A stretch of 64,000 nt of DNA from Gemmatimonadaceae bacterium. Its GTDB lineage: Bacteria > Gemmatimonadota > Gemmatimonadetes > Gemmatimonadales > Gemmatimonadaceae. The notes below the pieces were generated by a model. The model was not told the DNA's origin, did not search any database, and saw nothing but the letters and a program-made list of their open reading frames with translations. The stretch lies in assembly GCA_035538035.1 (NCBI GenBank), contig DATLLD010000109.1, positions 2,579 to 66,578 on the forward strand, in the 5' to 3' direction. A program made the position numbers and the translations under genes. Positions 1 to 9,432 of this stretch are shown here, piece by piece (the stretch's first letter is position 1; each line of letters starts with the position of its first letter).

Positions 1-333
1 ATCTCCTGGAGTGAAGACACGCTAGTGCAGCCCGATGTGTTCGTCGTAGCGCCCGCCGAGTCGGGTGGAGCAGACTGGACGTCCGTGCGGACGCTCAGGC
101 TCGTGGTCGAGGTGCTCAGTCCGTCCACCTCCCGACATGATCGGTTCGCGAAGCGCAAATTGTACCAGGAGCAGGCGGTCGAAACGGTCTGGCTGGTCGA
201 CATGGAACAGCGACTGGTTGAGAGTTGGCATCCCGACTCCATCTTCCCATCGGTCGACTCCGAGCGCATCTCATGGCATCCGGCGGGAGCGCCCGATGCG
301 CTCGTCATCGAGCTCGCTGAGCTGTTCCAATAG
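1..333 (+). CDS. Uma2 family (PD-(D/E)xK) endonuclease, 5'-partial
   Basis: Frame 1 is open from base 1 (ISWSEDTLVQPDVFV...LVVEVLSPSTSRHDRFAKRKLY...VWLVD). These are typical Uma2 motifs. Confidence 0.85.
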   Translation: MSWSEDTLVQPDVFVVAPAESGGADWTSVRTLRLVVEVLSPSTSRHDRFAKRKLYQEQAVETVWLVDMEQRLVESWHPDSIFPSVDSERISWHPAGAPDALVIELAELFQ

Positions 334-347
334 CCACCAGCCTCACG

Positions 348-851
348 ATGAAAGCAACATCCCCGAAGCCCGCCTCAAGGCCCTCGTCCGCCGTGGGCAT
401 GGCGGCCATCCAGCAGATAGCCAAGCGCGTCGGGCGCGACCATGAACTGGCGTTGGAGCTCTGGAAGACTGGCTGGTACGAGGCGCGGCTGTTGACGGCG
501 TTCGTCGACGAGGCGGACCGCGTGACCGCCGCACAGATGGACGCGTGGGCGAGGGACTTCGACGACTGGGCGATCGTCGATACGCTCTGCTTCAAGCTCT
601 GGGACCGGACGCCGCACGCGTGGAAGGAGATCGAGCAGTGGAGCACCCGGCGCGGCGAGTTCCAGAAGCGCGCGTCGTTCGCCCTGCTCGCCTGCGTGGC
701 GCTGCACGACAAGGCCGCTCTGGACGCGCCCTTCGTCAAGTCGCTCGCGCAGGAACTCGCCGCATCGGACGACGCGACGGCGCGCGCCACGGGGAAGACC
801 GTGATCCGGGAGCTGTCAAGCACGGCGGCCAAGAAGCGGCTTCCCAAGTGA
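348..851 (+). CDS. DNA alkylation repair protein (AlkD-like HEAT repeat), apparently shortened
   Basis: Motifs DHELALELWKTGWYEAR, QMDAWARDFDDWAIVDTLCF and EFQKRASF. At 167 aa it is shorter than typical family members. Confidence 0.75.
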   Translation: MKATSPKPASRPSSAVGMAAIQQIAKRVGRDHELALELWKTGWYEARLLTAFVDEADRVTAAQMDAWARDFDDWAIVDTLCFKLWDRTPHAWKEIEQWSTRRGEFQKRASFALLACVALHDKAALDAPFVKSLAQELAASDDATARATGKTVIRELSSTAAKKRLPK

Positions 852-1309
852 AGCTCTGGCTCGATGCCGACGCCGCCCCGCGCGACGTCAAGGAGGTCTG
901 CTACCGCGTCTCCGAACGACTCAAGCTCGAGACGGTGCTGGTGGCGAATCAGCGCCTGCAACTCCCGGTGGGCTACCCGTTCCTCTCAGCCGTGCGCGTC
1001 GAAGGCGGCCCCGACGTCGCGGACCTCTACATCGCCGAGCACGCGGTGAAGGGCGATGTCGCGGTGACCGCCGACATCCCGCTGGCAGCCTTGCTGGTGC
1101 CCAAGGGCGTGGTGGTGATCGACCCGCGCGGCGAGGAGTACACGAGCGAGAGCATCGGCGAGCGGCTCTCGGTGCGGAACTTCATGGACTCGCTGCGCAG
1201 CACCGGCGTGCAGACGGGCGGGCACGCGGCGTACGGGGCCAAGGAGAAGCAGGCATTCGCCAACGCGCTTGACCGAGCGCTGATGCGGGCGCGGAAGGGC
1301 ACGCGGTAG
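848..1309 (+). CDS. yaiI: YaiI/YqxD (UPF0178) family protein
   Basis: GTG start overlaps the upstream TGA. Motifs KLWLDADA, LVANQ, DVADLYI, VTADIPLAA and IDPRGEEY. Confidence 0.9.
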   Translation: MKLWLDADAAPRDVKEVCYRVSERLKLETVLVANQRLQLPVGYPFLSAVRVEGGPDVADLYIAEHAVKGDVAVTADIPLAALLVPKGVVVIDPRGEEYTSESIGERLSVRNFMDSLRSTGVQTGGHAAYGAKEKQAFANALDRALMRARKGTR

Positions 1310-1350
1310 CCCGCCGCCAAGAAAAACGGCACGGGCGTCCCGGTCACTCA

Positions 1351-1377
1351 TCAAGTACCGGGCAGTGGGGACGACAC
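1351..1377 (+). promoter_or_regulatory. putative sigma28 (FliA) promoter
   Basis: TCAA-N15-GACGACAC beginning TCAAGT. Same geometry as the sites at 1889 and 12396. Confidence 0.5.
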
Positions 1378-1422
1378 TCACGGTTGTCAGGCATCACACC
1401 ACAAAGACACCCGGAGTCCTTC

Positions 1423-1818
1423 ATGTCGTTCCTTACAGCCCATCTAGCGCGCGTCGCGACGTTCGCCTTGGCTGTGCTGTCGCTGCCTCTGGCAGCCAAG
1501 GCGCAGGGCGCGGCGTTCAATCAGCCGCAGCTCGACGTGCCGACGAAGCTCGCATCCGCCGAGATGACATCCCGGCTCCTCGCCCGCTCGTATCCGGCAG
1601 CGCTCAAGCGAGCGGGCGTCACGGGCACCGTGAACGTCGAGTTCGTGGTCGACGCCACCGGCAAGGTCGAGCCGTCGAGCGTCAAGATCCTGGACTCCAC
1701 CTCCGCCGAACTCACCGAGGCGGCGAGAGCGGTGGTGCCGGAAATCAAATTCAAGCCGGGCGAGAAGCAAGGGAAAGCGGTGCGCTCGATCGTCTCGCTG
1801 CCGATCGTCTACAAGTGA
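1423..1818 (+). CDS. TonB C-terminal domain protein with signal-peptide-like N-terminus
   Basis: GGAG at 1413-1416 precedes the ATG. YPAALKRAGVTGTVNVEFVVDATGKVE...FKPG...GKAVR matches the TonB_C pattern. No Pro-rich linker. Confidence 0.85.
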   Translation: MSFLTAHLARVATFALAVLSLPLAAKAQGAAFNQPQLDVPTKLASAEMTSRLLARSYPAALKRAGVTGTVNVEFVVDATGKVEPSSVKILDSTSAELTEAARAVVPEIKFKPGEKQGKAVRSIVSLPIVYK

Positions 1819-1888
1819 TCCGGTAGGGCCAGCGCGGTGCCGGACGCCGCCATGTCGGCGGCCGGCACCGTGCTCGCAGGCGGCTGAC

Positions 1889-1915
1889 TCAAGTTTCGCG
1901 GGCCGGGCCCGACGA
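1889..1915 (+). promoter_or_regulatory. putative sigma28 promoter of the che operon
   Basis: TCAA-N15-CCCGACGA (TCAAGTTT...CCCGACGAT), similar to the TAAA/TCAA-N15-GCCGATAA consensus. Confidence 0.65.
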
Positions 1916-1990
1916 TGAGGGGGGAGAGTCCAAGCCGGCGCACGCCCTCGCGCGACGCGCCAGTCACCCCCTCGCGGACCGCCCATCGCC

Positions 1991-4096
1991 ATGGAAGAGC
2001 TGCTCCACGATTTCCTGACCGAGAGCAACGAGAACCTGCAGCAGCTGGACCGGGACATCGTCGCGCTCGAGCAGCATCCGGACGACAGTGAGCTGGTGAA
2101 CCGGATCTTCCGCACCATCCACACGATCAAGGGCACCTGCGGCTTCATCGGCCTCGACCGGCTCGAGGCCGTGGCGCACGCGGCCGAGAGCGTACTCAAC
2201 GCTGTGCGCGAAGGCGAACTGCGGGTTGATCGCGCGCTGGTCTCGGACGTGCTCGCGGCCGTGGACGTCATCAAGCACATCCTCGACGTGCTCGAACGCA
2301 CGCAACGCGAGCCCGCCGGCGACGACACTGCGCTGGTGGCGCGTCTCGAGACTTGGCTTGGCGGCGGCGCGCCGGACGTGATGGTGCCCGACACGGCACC
2401 GGACGTCCACCTGGAGCATCGCTCGGCGGTCGGCGACAGCACGCTTCGCGTCCACGTCGGACTGCTCGACAAGTTGATGACGCTCGTGGGCGAGCTCGTG
2501 CTCGACCGCAACCGCCTGGTGCAGATCACCGGCGGGCGCGACGACCCGGCTTTGACTTCGACGGTGCAGCACCTGAATCGCGTCAGCTCCGACCTCCAGG
2601 AGGCGGTGATGCGCACGCGCATGCAACCGATCGGCGGGGCTTGGACCAAGCTGCCCCGTCTCGTGCGCGACCTCGGCGCGTCGAGCGGCAAGCAGATCCA
2701 GCTCGAGATGCACGGGGCCGAGACGGAGCTGGACCGGCAGATCCTCCAGGCGATCACCGATCCGCTCACGCACATGGTGCGCAACTCGGGCGACCACGGC
2801 ATCGAGTCCGGCGACGTGCGGCGCCGGGCCGGCAAGGCCGATGCCGGCACGATCCGCCTCAACGCCTACCACGAGGGTGGCCACGTCATCATCGAGGTCA
2901 GGGACGATGGCGCCGGGATCTCGGCCGCGCGCGTGCGCAACAAGGCGATCGACCGCGGGCTCGTCACGCGCGAGGCGGCGGACGCGATGAGCGACGCGCA
3001 GGTTCTCCGGTTCATCTTCGAACCGGGGTTCTCCACGGCCGAACGGGTCACCAACGTGAGTGGCCGCGGTGTCGGCATGGATGTCGTCCGCACGAACATC
3101 GAGCGCATCGGCGGGCAGGTCGAGCTACAGAGCACCGAGGGGCAGGGGACGGTCGTGCGCGTGAAGATCCCGCTCACGCTGGCGATCATCCCCGCGCTCG
3201 TCGTGACCTCGGGCCGGCAGCGCTACGCGATCCCGCAGGTGAACCTGCTTGAGCTCGTGCGACTCTCCGACGCGCCGGGGTCGCAGGGCGTCGAGTTGCT
3301 GCACGGCGCGCCGGTGTACCGCCTCCGCGGGAGCCTGCTGCCACTCGTATTCCTCGGCGAACAACTCGGCGAGACGGCGGATGAGTCGCGCGCGCAGTTC
3401 AACATCGTGGTGCTCCAGGCCGACGGGCGCACGTTCGGGCTCGTCGTCGATGGCCTCAGCGACACGGAGGAGATCGTCGTGAAGCCGCTGGGGCGCCACC
3501 TGCAGGGGCTCGACGCATTCTCCGGCGCGACCATCATGGGCGACGGCAGCGTGGCGCTGATCCTCGACGTGCCCGGGCTGGCCCGGAAGTCGCGCGTTGC
3601 GGACGACGGGCACGCCCGCGAGACGGTGCAGCGCGAGGCGCGGGGAGCCGGAGATGCCGGCGACGTGCGCAGCCTGCTCGTCGTGCAGTGCGGCGCCCGT
3701 GGGCGCCTCGCCGTCGAGCTGGCCAGCGTCAACCGACTGGAGGAGTTCCGCCGCGACGCGGTGGAGTACGCGGGCGAACGGATGGTGGCGCAATATCGCG
3801 GCGACGTGATCCCGCTCGTGGCGCTCTCGGTCCATCTCGGCCACGCGTCGGCCCTGCCGGATCGCGAGCGCCTGCCCGTGGTGGTGCACACGAGATCGGG
3901 GCGGACCGTCGGGGTGCTCGTGGACCGCATCATCGACATCGTCGACCAGGAGATCGTCGTCCACCAGACGCGGCCGCGCCCCGGCATCCTTGGCACGACC
4001 GTGATCCAGGGGCGCGTCACCGACCTGCTCGATCTCGACGGCATCGTCGCGGGGCACCTCGCCGGCGACGACGCCGAGACGGAGGCCGCGGCATGA
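1991..4096 (+). CDS. cheA: chemotaxis histidine kinase CheA (Hpt, dimerisation, HATPase, two CheW domains)
   Basis: Motifs IFRTIHTIKG (Hpt), HMVRNSGDHGIE, DDGAGI, IFEPGFST, SGRGVGMDVV and PLTLAI. Confidence 0.97.
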   Translation: MEELLHDFLTESNENLQQLDRDIVALEQHPDDSELVNRIFRTIHTIKGTCGFIGLDRLEAVAHAAESVLNAVREGELRVDRALVSDVLAAVDVIKHILDVLERTQREPAGDDTALVARLETWLGGGAPDVMVPDTAPDVHLEHRSAVGDSTLRVHVGLLDKLMTLVGELVLDRNRLVQITGGRDDPALTSTVQHLNRVSSDLQEAVMRTRMQPIGGAWTKLPRLVRDLGASSGKQIQLEMHGAETELDRQILQAITDPLTHMVRNSGDHGIESGDVRRRAGKADAGTIRLNAYHEGGHVIIEVRDDGAGISAARVRNKAIDRGLVTREAADAMSDAQVLRFIFEPGFSTAERVTNVSGRGVGMDVVRTNIERIGGQVELQSTEGQGTVVRVKIPLTLAIIPALVVTSGRQRYAIPQVNLLELVRLSDAPGSQGVELLHGAPVYRLRGSLLPLVFLGEQLGETADESRAQFNIVVLQADGRTFGLVVDGLSDTEEIVVKPLGRHLQGLDAFSGATIMGDGSVALILDVPGLARKSRVADDGHARETVQREARGAGDAGDVRSLLVVQCGARGRLAVELASVNRLEEFRRDAVEYAGERMVAQYRGDVIPLVALSVHLGHASALPDRERLPVVVHTRSGRTVGVLVDRIIDIVDQEIVVHQTRPRPGILGTTVIQGRVTDLLDLDGIVAGHLAGDDAETEAAA

Positions 4097-4530
4097 GCCA
4101 CCAATACTCGACGTTCCTCGTCGGCGGGCACCTCTTCGGGCTGGACGTCACGCGCGTGCAGGAGGTCATCCGCCCGATGCCGATGACGCGCGTGCCGCTC
4201 GCGCCGGCAGTCGTGCGCGGGCTGATCAACCTGCGCGGCCAGATCGTCACGGCGCTCGACCTGCGAGTGCGGCTCGGGCTCGGCGCGCATGGCCCGGAGG
4301 CGGCGCCGATGAACGTCATCGTGCGCGCGGACGACGACGTGGTCGCGCTGCTGGTCGACGAGATCGGCGACGTGGTGATGGCGGATCCCGACGCCTGGGA
4401 GCCGGCGCCAAGCACGCTCGCGCCCTCCGTGCGCGACCTGATTCCCGGCGCCTACAAGCTCGACGGCCGCCTGCTGCTCCAGCTCGACGTCGACCGGGTG
4501 CTCGATGCCTGCGTCGCGCCGGCTGCCTGA
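4093..4530 (+). CDS. cheW: chemotaxis coupling protein CheW
   Basis: ATGA overlap with cheA. Motifs [25 protein letters not shown] and LLVDEIGDV. Confidence 0.95.
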   Translation: MSHQYSTFLVGGHLFGLDVTRVQEVIRPMPMTRVPLAPAVVRGLINLRGQIVTALDLRVRLGLGAHGPEAAPMNVIVRADDDVVALLVDEIGDVVMADPDAWEPAPSTLAPSVRDLIPGAYKLDGRLLLQLDVDRVLDACVAPAA

Positions 4531-4567
4531 ACTCGCACGCTTCCCACACACTCCTCGGAGCACTTTC

Positions 4568-6238
4568 ATGCGGTGGTTCGCGAACCTTCGGATCCAGTCG
4601 AAGCTCATGCTCTCCTTCTTCCTCGTCGCCTCGGTCGCGCTCGTCGTCGGCGTCGTCGGGATCAGGAACCTGAAAGCGATCGACAAGGCCGACACGCACA
4701 TGTACCAGATGGTGGTCACGCCGTACGTGGACATCGTCGACCTCACCAAGTACCTGCAGCGCACGCACACGAGCATGCTCGAGCTGCTCGGCGCGCGCGG
4801 CTCGGCGGAGCTCGAGGAGGCGACGGAGCGGCTGTCGGAAGCGAGCGAGAGCATCTCGCTGTCGATGGGGGTGCTCGCGAAGTACGAGTTCGACCCCAAG
4901 ATGGCCGAACTGCTCGCGCAGGCCTCTGCCGCGCGCGACGGCTGGCTGCCGGTGCGCGACAGCGTCGTGAGCATGGCGACGACGGGGCGGGGCGCGCAGG
5001 CACGGCGGCTCATGGCCACCGAGGGCACCGCCGCCGTGAAGGTGTTCGAGTCCGCCATCGACGAGCTGGCGCGCGGGCTGGGGGCGAGCGCCGACGAGAT
5101 CGCGCGGAAGAACGGCGCGCTCGCCCGCCGGTCGTCGCTGATCCTGATGATCGTGATGGGGCTCGCCGTGGTGCTGGCGATCGGGCTCGGCTTCTTCGTG
5201 GCGCGCCAGATCGGGCGGCCGCTCGCCGCGGTGGCCGACGCGCTCGAACAGGTCGCCGCCGGCAACCTGACCGTGCGGGCCGACGTGCAGACGAAGGACG
5301 AACTCGGACGGCTGGGAGCGGCGCTCAACCAGGCGGCGGACGCGATGCATGAGAGCGTCGTGGCGATTTCGGCCAACGCCCAGGCGCTCGCCGTCGCGTC
5401 CCAGGAGCTCTCGGCGGTGTCCACGCAGATGGGGTCGAACGCCGAGGAGACATCGGCGCAGGCGGGCATGGTCTCCGCCGCGGCCGAGCAGGTGTCGAAG
5501 AGCGTGCAGACCGTGGCGGCGGCCGGCGAGGAGATCAGCGCGTCGATCAAGGAGATCGCGCAGAACGCGTCGCAGGCGGCACAGGTCGCGCTCGGCGCCG
5601 TCGGCGCGGCCGACGCGGCCAACCGCACGGTGAGCCAGCTCGGTGTGTCGTCGGCGGAGATCGGCGCCGTCATCAAGGTGATCACGTCGATCGCGGAGCA
5701 GACCAACCTGCTGGCGCTGAACGCGACGATCGAGGCCGCGCGGGCCGGCGAGGCGGGCAAGGGTTTCGCCGTCGTCGCCAGCGAGGTGAAGGAACTGGCC
5801 AAGGAGACGGCACGCGCGACGGAGGACATCGCCCGCAAGGTCGAGGCGATCCAGGGCGATGCGAAGGGCGCCGTGACGGCCATCGGCGAGATCGCCGGCG
5901 TCATCCGTCAGCTCAACGACATCTCCGGCACGATCGCGTCTGCGGTGGAGGAGCAGGCCGTCACCACCGGCGAGATCGGGCGGAACGTGGAGCAGGCCGC
6001 GCACGGCTCGCGGGAGATCGCGGGGAACATCGCCGGCGTGGCAACGGCGGCGCAGAGCACGAGCCAGGGCGTGCAGAACGCCCAGCAGGCCGCGCATGAG
6101 CTGGCGATGATGGCCGCGACGCTCACGAACCTCGTGGCGCGCTTCACGATCGGGTCGTCGGGCGGAACGGAGGCGACGGCCGTCCGTGACGGCGCCGACG
6201 ACGGCGCCGCGCGACTCGCCCTGCGCCGGGTCGCCTGA
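4568..6238 (+). CDS. methyl-accepting chemotaxis protein (2 TM, four-helix sensor, HAMP, signalling domain)
   Basis: Hairpin tip [37 protein letters not shown] and HAMP motif KDELGRL. Confidence 0.95.
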   Translation: MRWFANLRIQSKLMLSFFLVASVALVVGVVGIRNLKAIDKADTHMYQMVVTPYVDIVDLTKYLQRTHTSMLELLGARGSAELEEATERLSEASESISLSMGVLAKYEFDPKMAELLAQASAARDGWLPVRDSVVSMATTGRGAQARRLMATEGTAAVKVFESAIDELARGLGASADEIARKNGALARRSSLILMIVMGLAVVLAIGLGFFVARQIGRPLAAVADALEQVAAGNLTVRADVQTKDELGRLGAALNQAADAMHESVVAISANAQALAVASQELSAVSTQMGSNAEETSAQAGMVSAAAEQVSKSVQTVAAAGEEISASIKEIAQNASQAAQVALGAVGAADAANRTVSQLGVSSAEIGAVIKVITSIAEQTNLLALNATIEAARAGEAGKGFAVVASEVKELAKETARATEDIARKVEAIQGDAKGAVTAIGEIAGVIRQLNDISGTIASAVEEQAVTTGEIGRNVEQAAHGSREIAGNIAGVATAAQSTSQGVQNAQQAAHELAMMAATLTNLVARFTIGSSGGTEATAVRDGADDGAARLALRRVA

Positions 6239-6242
6239 TCCG

Positions 6243-6662
6243 ATGACGCTCCCCACTCGGATGGACCAGTCGAAGGCGCAGGTGCCGGTGCAGGCACGGC
6301 GGATCCTCGTGGTCGACGACTCCCTCGCCATACGCAAGGCGATCCGGACGATCCTCGCGTCCCTCGGGTTCGATGCCAGCGAGGCGCAGGACGGATCGGT
6401 CGCGCTGGCCGCCGTGCGCGTCGACGCCGGCTTCAGTGCGATCATCTGCGACATCGACATGCCGGTGATGGACGGGCTGACGTTCCTCTCCACGCTCCGG
6501 AAGGATCGGACGCTCGCGCAGCCGCCGGTGATCATGTGCACCACGCACAGCAGCTTCGAGCGCATCTCGGACGCGCTCTCGCGAGGCGCGAACGAGTACA
6601 TCATGAAGCCGTTCGACCGCGCGATCATGACGGAGAAGCTCGCCGCCTGCGGGGTGAAGTAG
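6243..6662 (+). CDS. cheY: CheY-like single-domain response regulator
   Basis: Motifs ILVVDDS, ICDIDMPVMDG and EYIMKPF. Alternative start at 6261. Confidence 0.88.
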   Translation: MTLPTRMDQSKAQVPVQARRILVVDDSLAIRKAIRTILASLGFDASEAQDGSVALAAVRVDAGFSAIICDIDMPVMDGLTFLSTLRKDRTLAQPPVIMCTTHSSFERISDALSRGANEYIMKPFDRAIMTEKLAACGVK

Positions 6663-7741
6663 TGCCGCCGCCGATCCGCGTCTTCCTGGTGGACGACAGC
6701 ACCGCCGTCCGGGGGGCGCTGCGCCGCGTCCTCGACGCCACGGAAGACATCCGCGTGGTCGGCGGCGCGTCGAACGGGCGGCTCGGGTTGGAAGCGATCG
6801 GGCAGGCGCGGCCGGACGTGGTGCTGCTGGACATCGAGATGCCCGAGCTCGACGGCCTCGCGACCCTGCCGCTGCTGTTGGCGGCGCATCCCTCCGTGCG
6901 CGTGATCATGGCCAGCAGCCTGACGCGGCGCGGCGCCCAGGTGACGATCGAGGCACTGGCGATCGGAGCCGCGGATTATGTGACCAAGCCGACCGCGCGA
7001 GCCGGCCCCGAATCACTGGCGCCGATGGCCGCGCAGATCGTGGCGAAGATCCGCGCCCTCGCGCCAGCGAGGGCGCGTGGCGGCGAACCTCCGGAGGCGC
7101 CGATCTCGAACGCCCCGGTGGCGTGGGCGCCGCGCGCGACGCGGTTCACCCCGCCGGCCGGCGCGCCCGACGTCATCGCCATCGCGGCGAGCACCGGCGG
7201 CCCCAACGCGCTGGTCTCGGTGCTGCGCGGGCTCGCCACCTCCGTGCGCGCGCCGATCCTCGTGACGCAGCACATGCCGCCGGTGTTCACGATGATGCTG
7301 GCCGAGCGGCTGCAGCGCGAGTCGGGGCGGCGCTGCGTGGAGGCGCTCGATGGTTCGCCGCTCCTCCAGGACCATGTGTACATCGCGCCGGGCGACTACC
7401 ACCTGCTGGTGGACACGCGCGATGGCGCGCCTTGCCTCCGACTCTCGCAGGCGGCGCCGGAGAACCACTGCCGCCCGTCGGCCGACCCGATGTTCCGCGC
7501 GGTGAGCGCGCACTTCGGCACGCGCGCACTGGCCGTGGTGCTCACGGGCATGGGAGACGATGGCCGGCGCGGCTGCGAGTCCATCCGCCGAGCCGGCGGC
7601 CGCGTGATGGCGCAGGACGAGGCCACCTCGGTGGTATGGGGGATGCCGGGAGCGGTGGCGCGGGCAGGCCTCGCCGACTGGGTGGTGCCGCTCCACGAGA
7701 TCGCACCGCGCCTCGCGCAGCTCGGCGCGGTGCTGCGGTGA
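6662..7741 (+). CDS. cheB: chemotaxis methylesterase CheB
   Basis: REC domain plus catalytic motifs ASTGGP, QHMP and LTGMGDDG. GTG start overlaps the cheY stop. Confidence 0.95.
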   Translation: MPPPIRVFLVDDSTAVRGALRRVLDATEDIRVVGGASNGRLGLEAIGQARPDVVLLDIEMPELDGLATLPLLLAAHPSVRVIMASSLTRRGAQVTIEALAIGAADYVTKPTARAGPESLAPMAAQIVAKIRALAPARARGGEPPEAPISNAPVAWAPRATRFTPPAGAPDVIAIAASTGGPNALVSVLRGLATSVRAPILVTQHMPPVFTMMLAERLQRESGRRCVEALDGSPLLQDHVYIAPGDYHLLVDTRDGAPCLRLSQAAPENHCRPSADPMFRAVSAHFGTRALAVVLTGMGDDGRRGCESIRRAGGRVMAQDEATSVVWGMPGAVARAGLADWVVPLHEIAPRLAQLGAVLR

Positions 7742-8601
7742 TCGGGCCCGACGACTATCGGTTCCTGCAGGAATTGCTGCGCGCGCAGAGCGGCTTGTCG
7801 CTCGGGGCGGGCAAGGAGTACCTGGTGGACAGCCGCCTGCCGCCGGTAGTCGAGGCGCACGGCCTCGCCGACCTGCCGGCGCTCGTACGGGAACTGCGCG
7901 CGGGCAACGCGACGTTGGCGAAGGCCGTGTGCGACGCGATGACGACCGGGGAGACTCTCTTCTTTCGCGACGAGACGCCATTCACGGTCTTCCGCGAGAC
8001 GCTGCTGCCGGAGGCGGTCGCACGCTCGCGCGAGGCAAGGCGGGCGCTGCGGGTCTGGAGCGCCGCCTGCTCGACGGGACAGGAGGTCTACTCGCTCGCC
8101 ATCATCACCGACGAAGAACGGCGGAAGCTCGCGGGTACCGCCGTCGAGTTCCTCGCGACGGACTACTCGACGACGACATTGGCGCGTGCGGCCCGGGGAC
8201 TCTACAGCAAGTTCGAGGCGCAGCGCGGCTTGCCGATCCAGCTGCTGCTCAAGTACTTCACGCCCGAGGGCGATGGATTCGCCGTGCGCGCCGAGCTGCG
8301 CCGCGGCATGCGCTTCATCGAGCACAACCTGCTCGCGCCCTGCGCGCACCTCGGCCAGTTCGACGTGATCTTCCTCCGCAACGTCCTGATCTACTTCGAT
8401 GTGGCGACGAAGAGGGCCGTCCTCGAGCGCATCGCGCGCCAGCTGGTGCCCGGCGGTGCGCTGGTGCTGGGCGGCACCGAGAACACGCTGGGCGTCACCG
8501 ACGCGCTGCAGCGGCGCGCCGACTGCGGGACCGCGGTCTATACGTACGCCAGCGCATCACCCTTGGCGGACGGGGCAGCAGCTCTTCGCAGGCTCGCGTA
8601 A
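7738..8601 (+). CDS. cheR: chemotaxis methyltransferase CheR
   Basis: Motifs TTGETLFFRD, VWSAACSTGQEVYS and FDVIFLRNVLIYF. GTGA overlap with cheB. Confidence 0.95.
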   Translation: MIGPDDYRFLQELLRAQSGLSLGAGKEYLVDSRLPPVVEAHGLADLPALVRELRAGNATLAKAVCDAMTTGETLFFRDETPFTVFRETLLPEAVARSREARRALRVWSAACSTGQEVYSLAIITDEERRKLAGTAVEFLATDYSTTTLARAARGLYSKFEAQRGLPIQLLLKYFTPEGDGFAVRAELRRGMRFIEHNLLAPCAHLGQFDVIFLRNVLIYFDVATKRAVLERIARQLVPGGALVLGGTENTLGVTDALQRRADCGTAVYTYASASPLADGAAALRRLA

Positions 8602-8697
8602 TTTTCGGCTCGAGATAGTGAATGGCGTCGGCCGCGCTGATGTGCCGATCACGACCACCAATCCGATAATGCGAAGCACGCTTCAGTCGATACCCGG

Positions 8698-9432
8698 GTG
8701 AACGGAGCCCCAAGGACCGCCTCAGCCCCCAGTGTCGAGACTTCGGGGGGAAAGTGGACCGCCGATCCCGGCGCCCTTGCCGCGAGCTACGCCTGGACCC
8801 GGCTGTCGGCTGGCGTGCTACTTGGCGTCACGCACGTCCTGGGCAACCGGCTCCACTCGCTCGGGTTCCTGCGCAGCGTCCCCGCCCCCGGGGAGGCGCT
8901 CGACGAGGAGTCCAGCAAGCAGGTCGAGCGCGAGATCGATGTCTGCGACGGGCTCACCATGCGTTACCGGCAGCTCGTGCTCTGCGGGCACGAGACGCCG
9001 GTGCCCGCCCTGATGCTCGACTCGCTGACCGAGGCGCTGGTCCTGCGCGCCCTTCACGCGGACTCTCGCAGCCGCGACGTCGCAGTGAACGTCAACGGCC
9101 ATTCACCGGCCGTGCTGGTCGCGCCGACGGCGCTCACGCAGGCCCTGCTGCTCGTGATGGTGGCGCTGACCTGCCACGAGGCCGCGCGCGCGGATGAGGT
9201 GCCGATGGTGGACATAGAGGGCACCGCGGATTCGTGCACCGTGCGGATGTGCGCCGCCGGCGGCGTGCCCGACGGCGACGTGGCGCTCGCCATGGACGCC
9301 GCCGCCTGGCTGCTGCGCGACACCAGACCCGCGCCGACGATCTCTCGGCGCAGCACGTCCGAGTGGACCGCCGTGACGATCAGCCTGCCGTCACTGGACT
9401 CGTCCCGCCGTGCGGAGTCGTCCTCGACCTGA
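8698..9432 (+). CDS. histidine-kinase-fold protein with degenerate ATPase domain (ChpT-like candidate)
   Basis: H-box-like LLGVTHVLGNRL, an N-box position reading LTQALLLVMVAL, and terminal strand TAVTISLP. No DxGxG boxes. Start codon uncertain. Confidence 0.55.
   Translation: MNGAPRTASAPSVETSGGKWTADPGALAASYAWTRLSAGVLLGVTHVLGNRLHSLGFLRSVPAPGEALDEESSKQVEREIDVCDGLTMRYRQLVLCGHETPVPALMLDSLTEALVLRALHADSRSRDVAVNVNGHSPAVLVAPTALTQALLLVMVALTCHEAARADEVPMVDIEGTADSCTVRMCAAGGVPDGDVALAMDAAAWLLRDTRPAPTISRRSTSEWTAVTISLPSLDSSRRAESSST

Noticed and set aside
3223-6889. Very long antisense ORFs (893 and 857 aa) over the che genes, and similar ones elsewhere (e.g. 12167-14440, 31903-33972, 41211-43490, 50229-52661)
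   Set aside because: These are shadow ORFs expected from high-GC codon usage opposite well-supported genes.
8625-8669. GCCGATCA / TCCGATAA as sigma28 -10 boxes before the 8698 ORF
   Set aside because: No TCAA/TAAA -35 box at 15-nt spacing.
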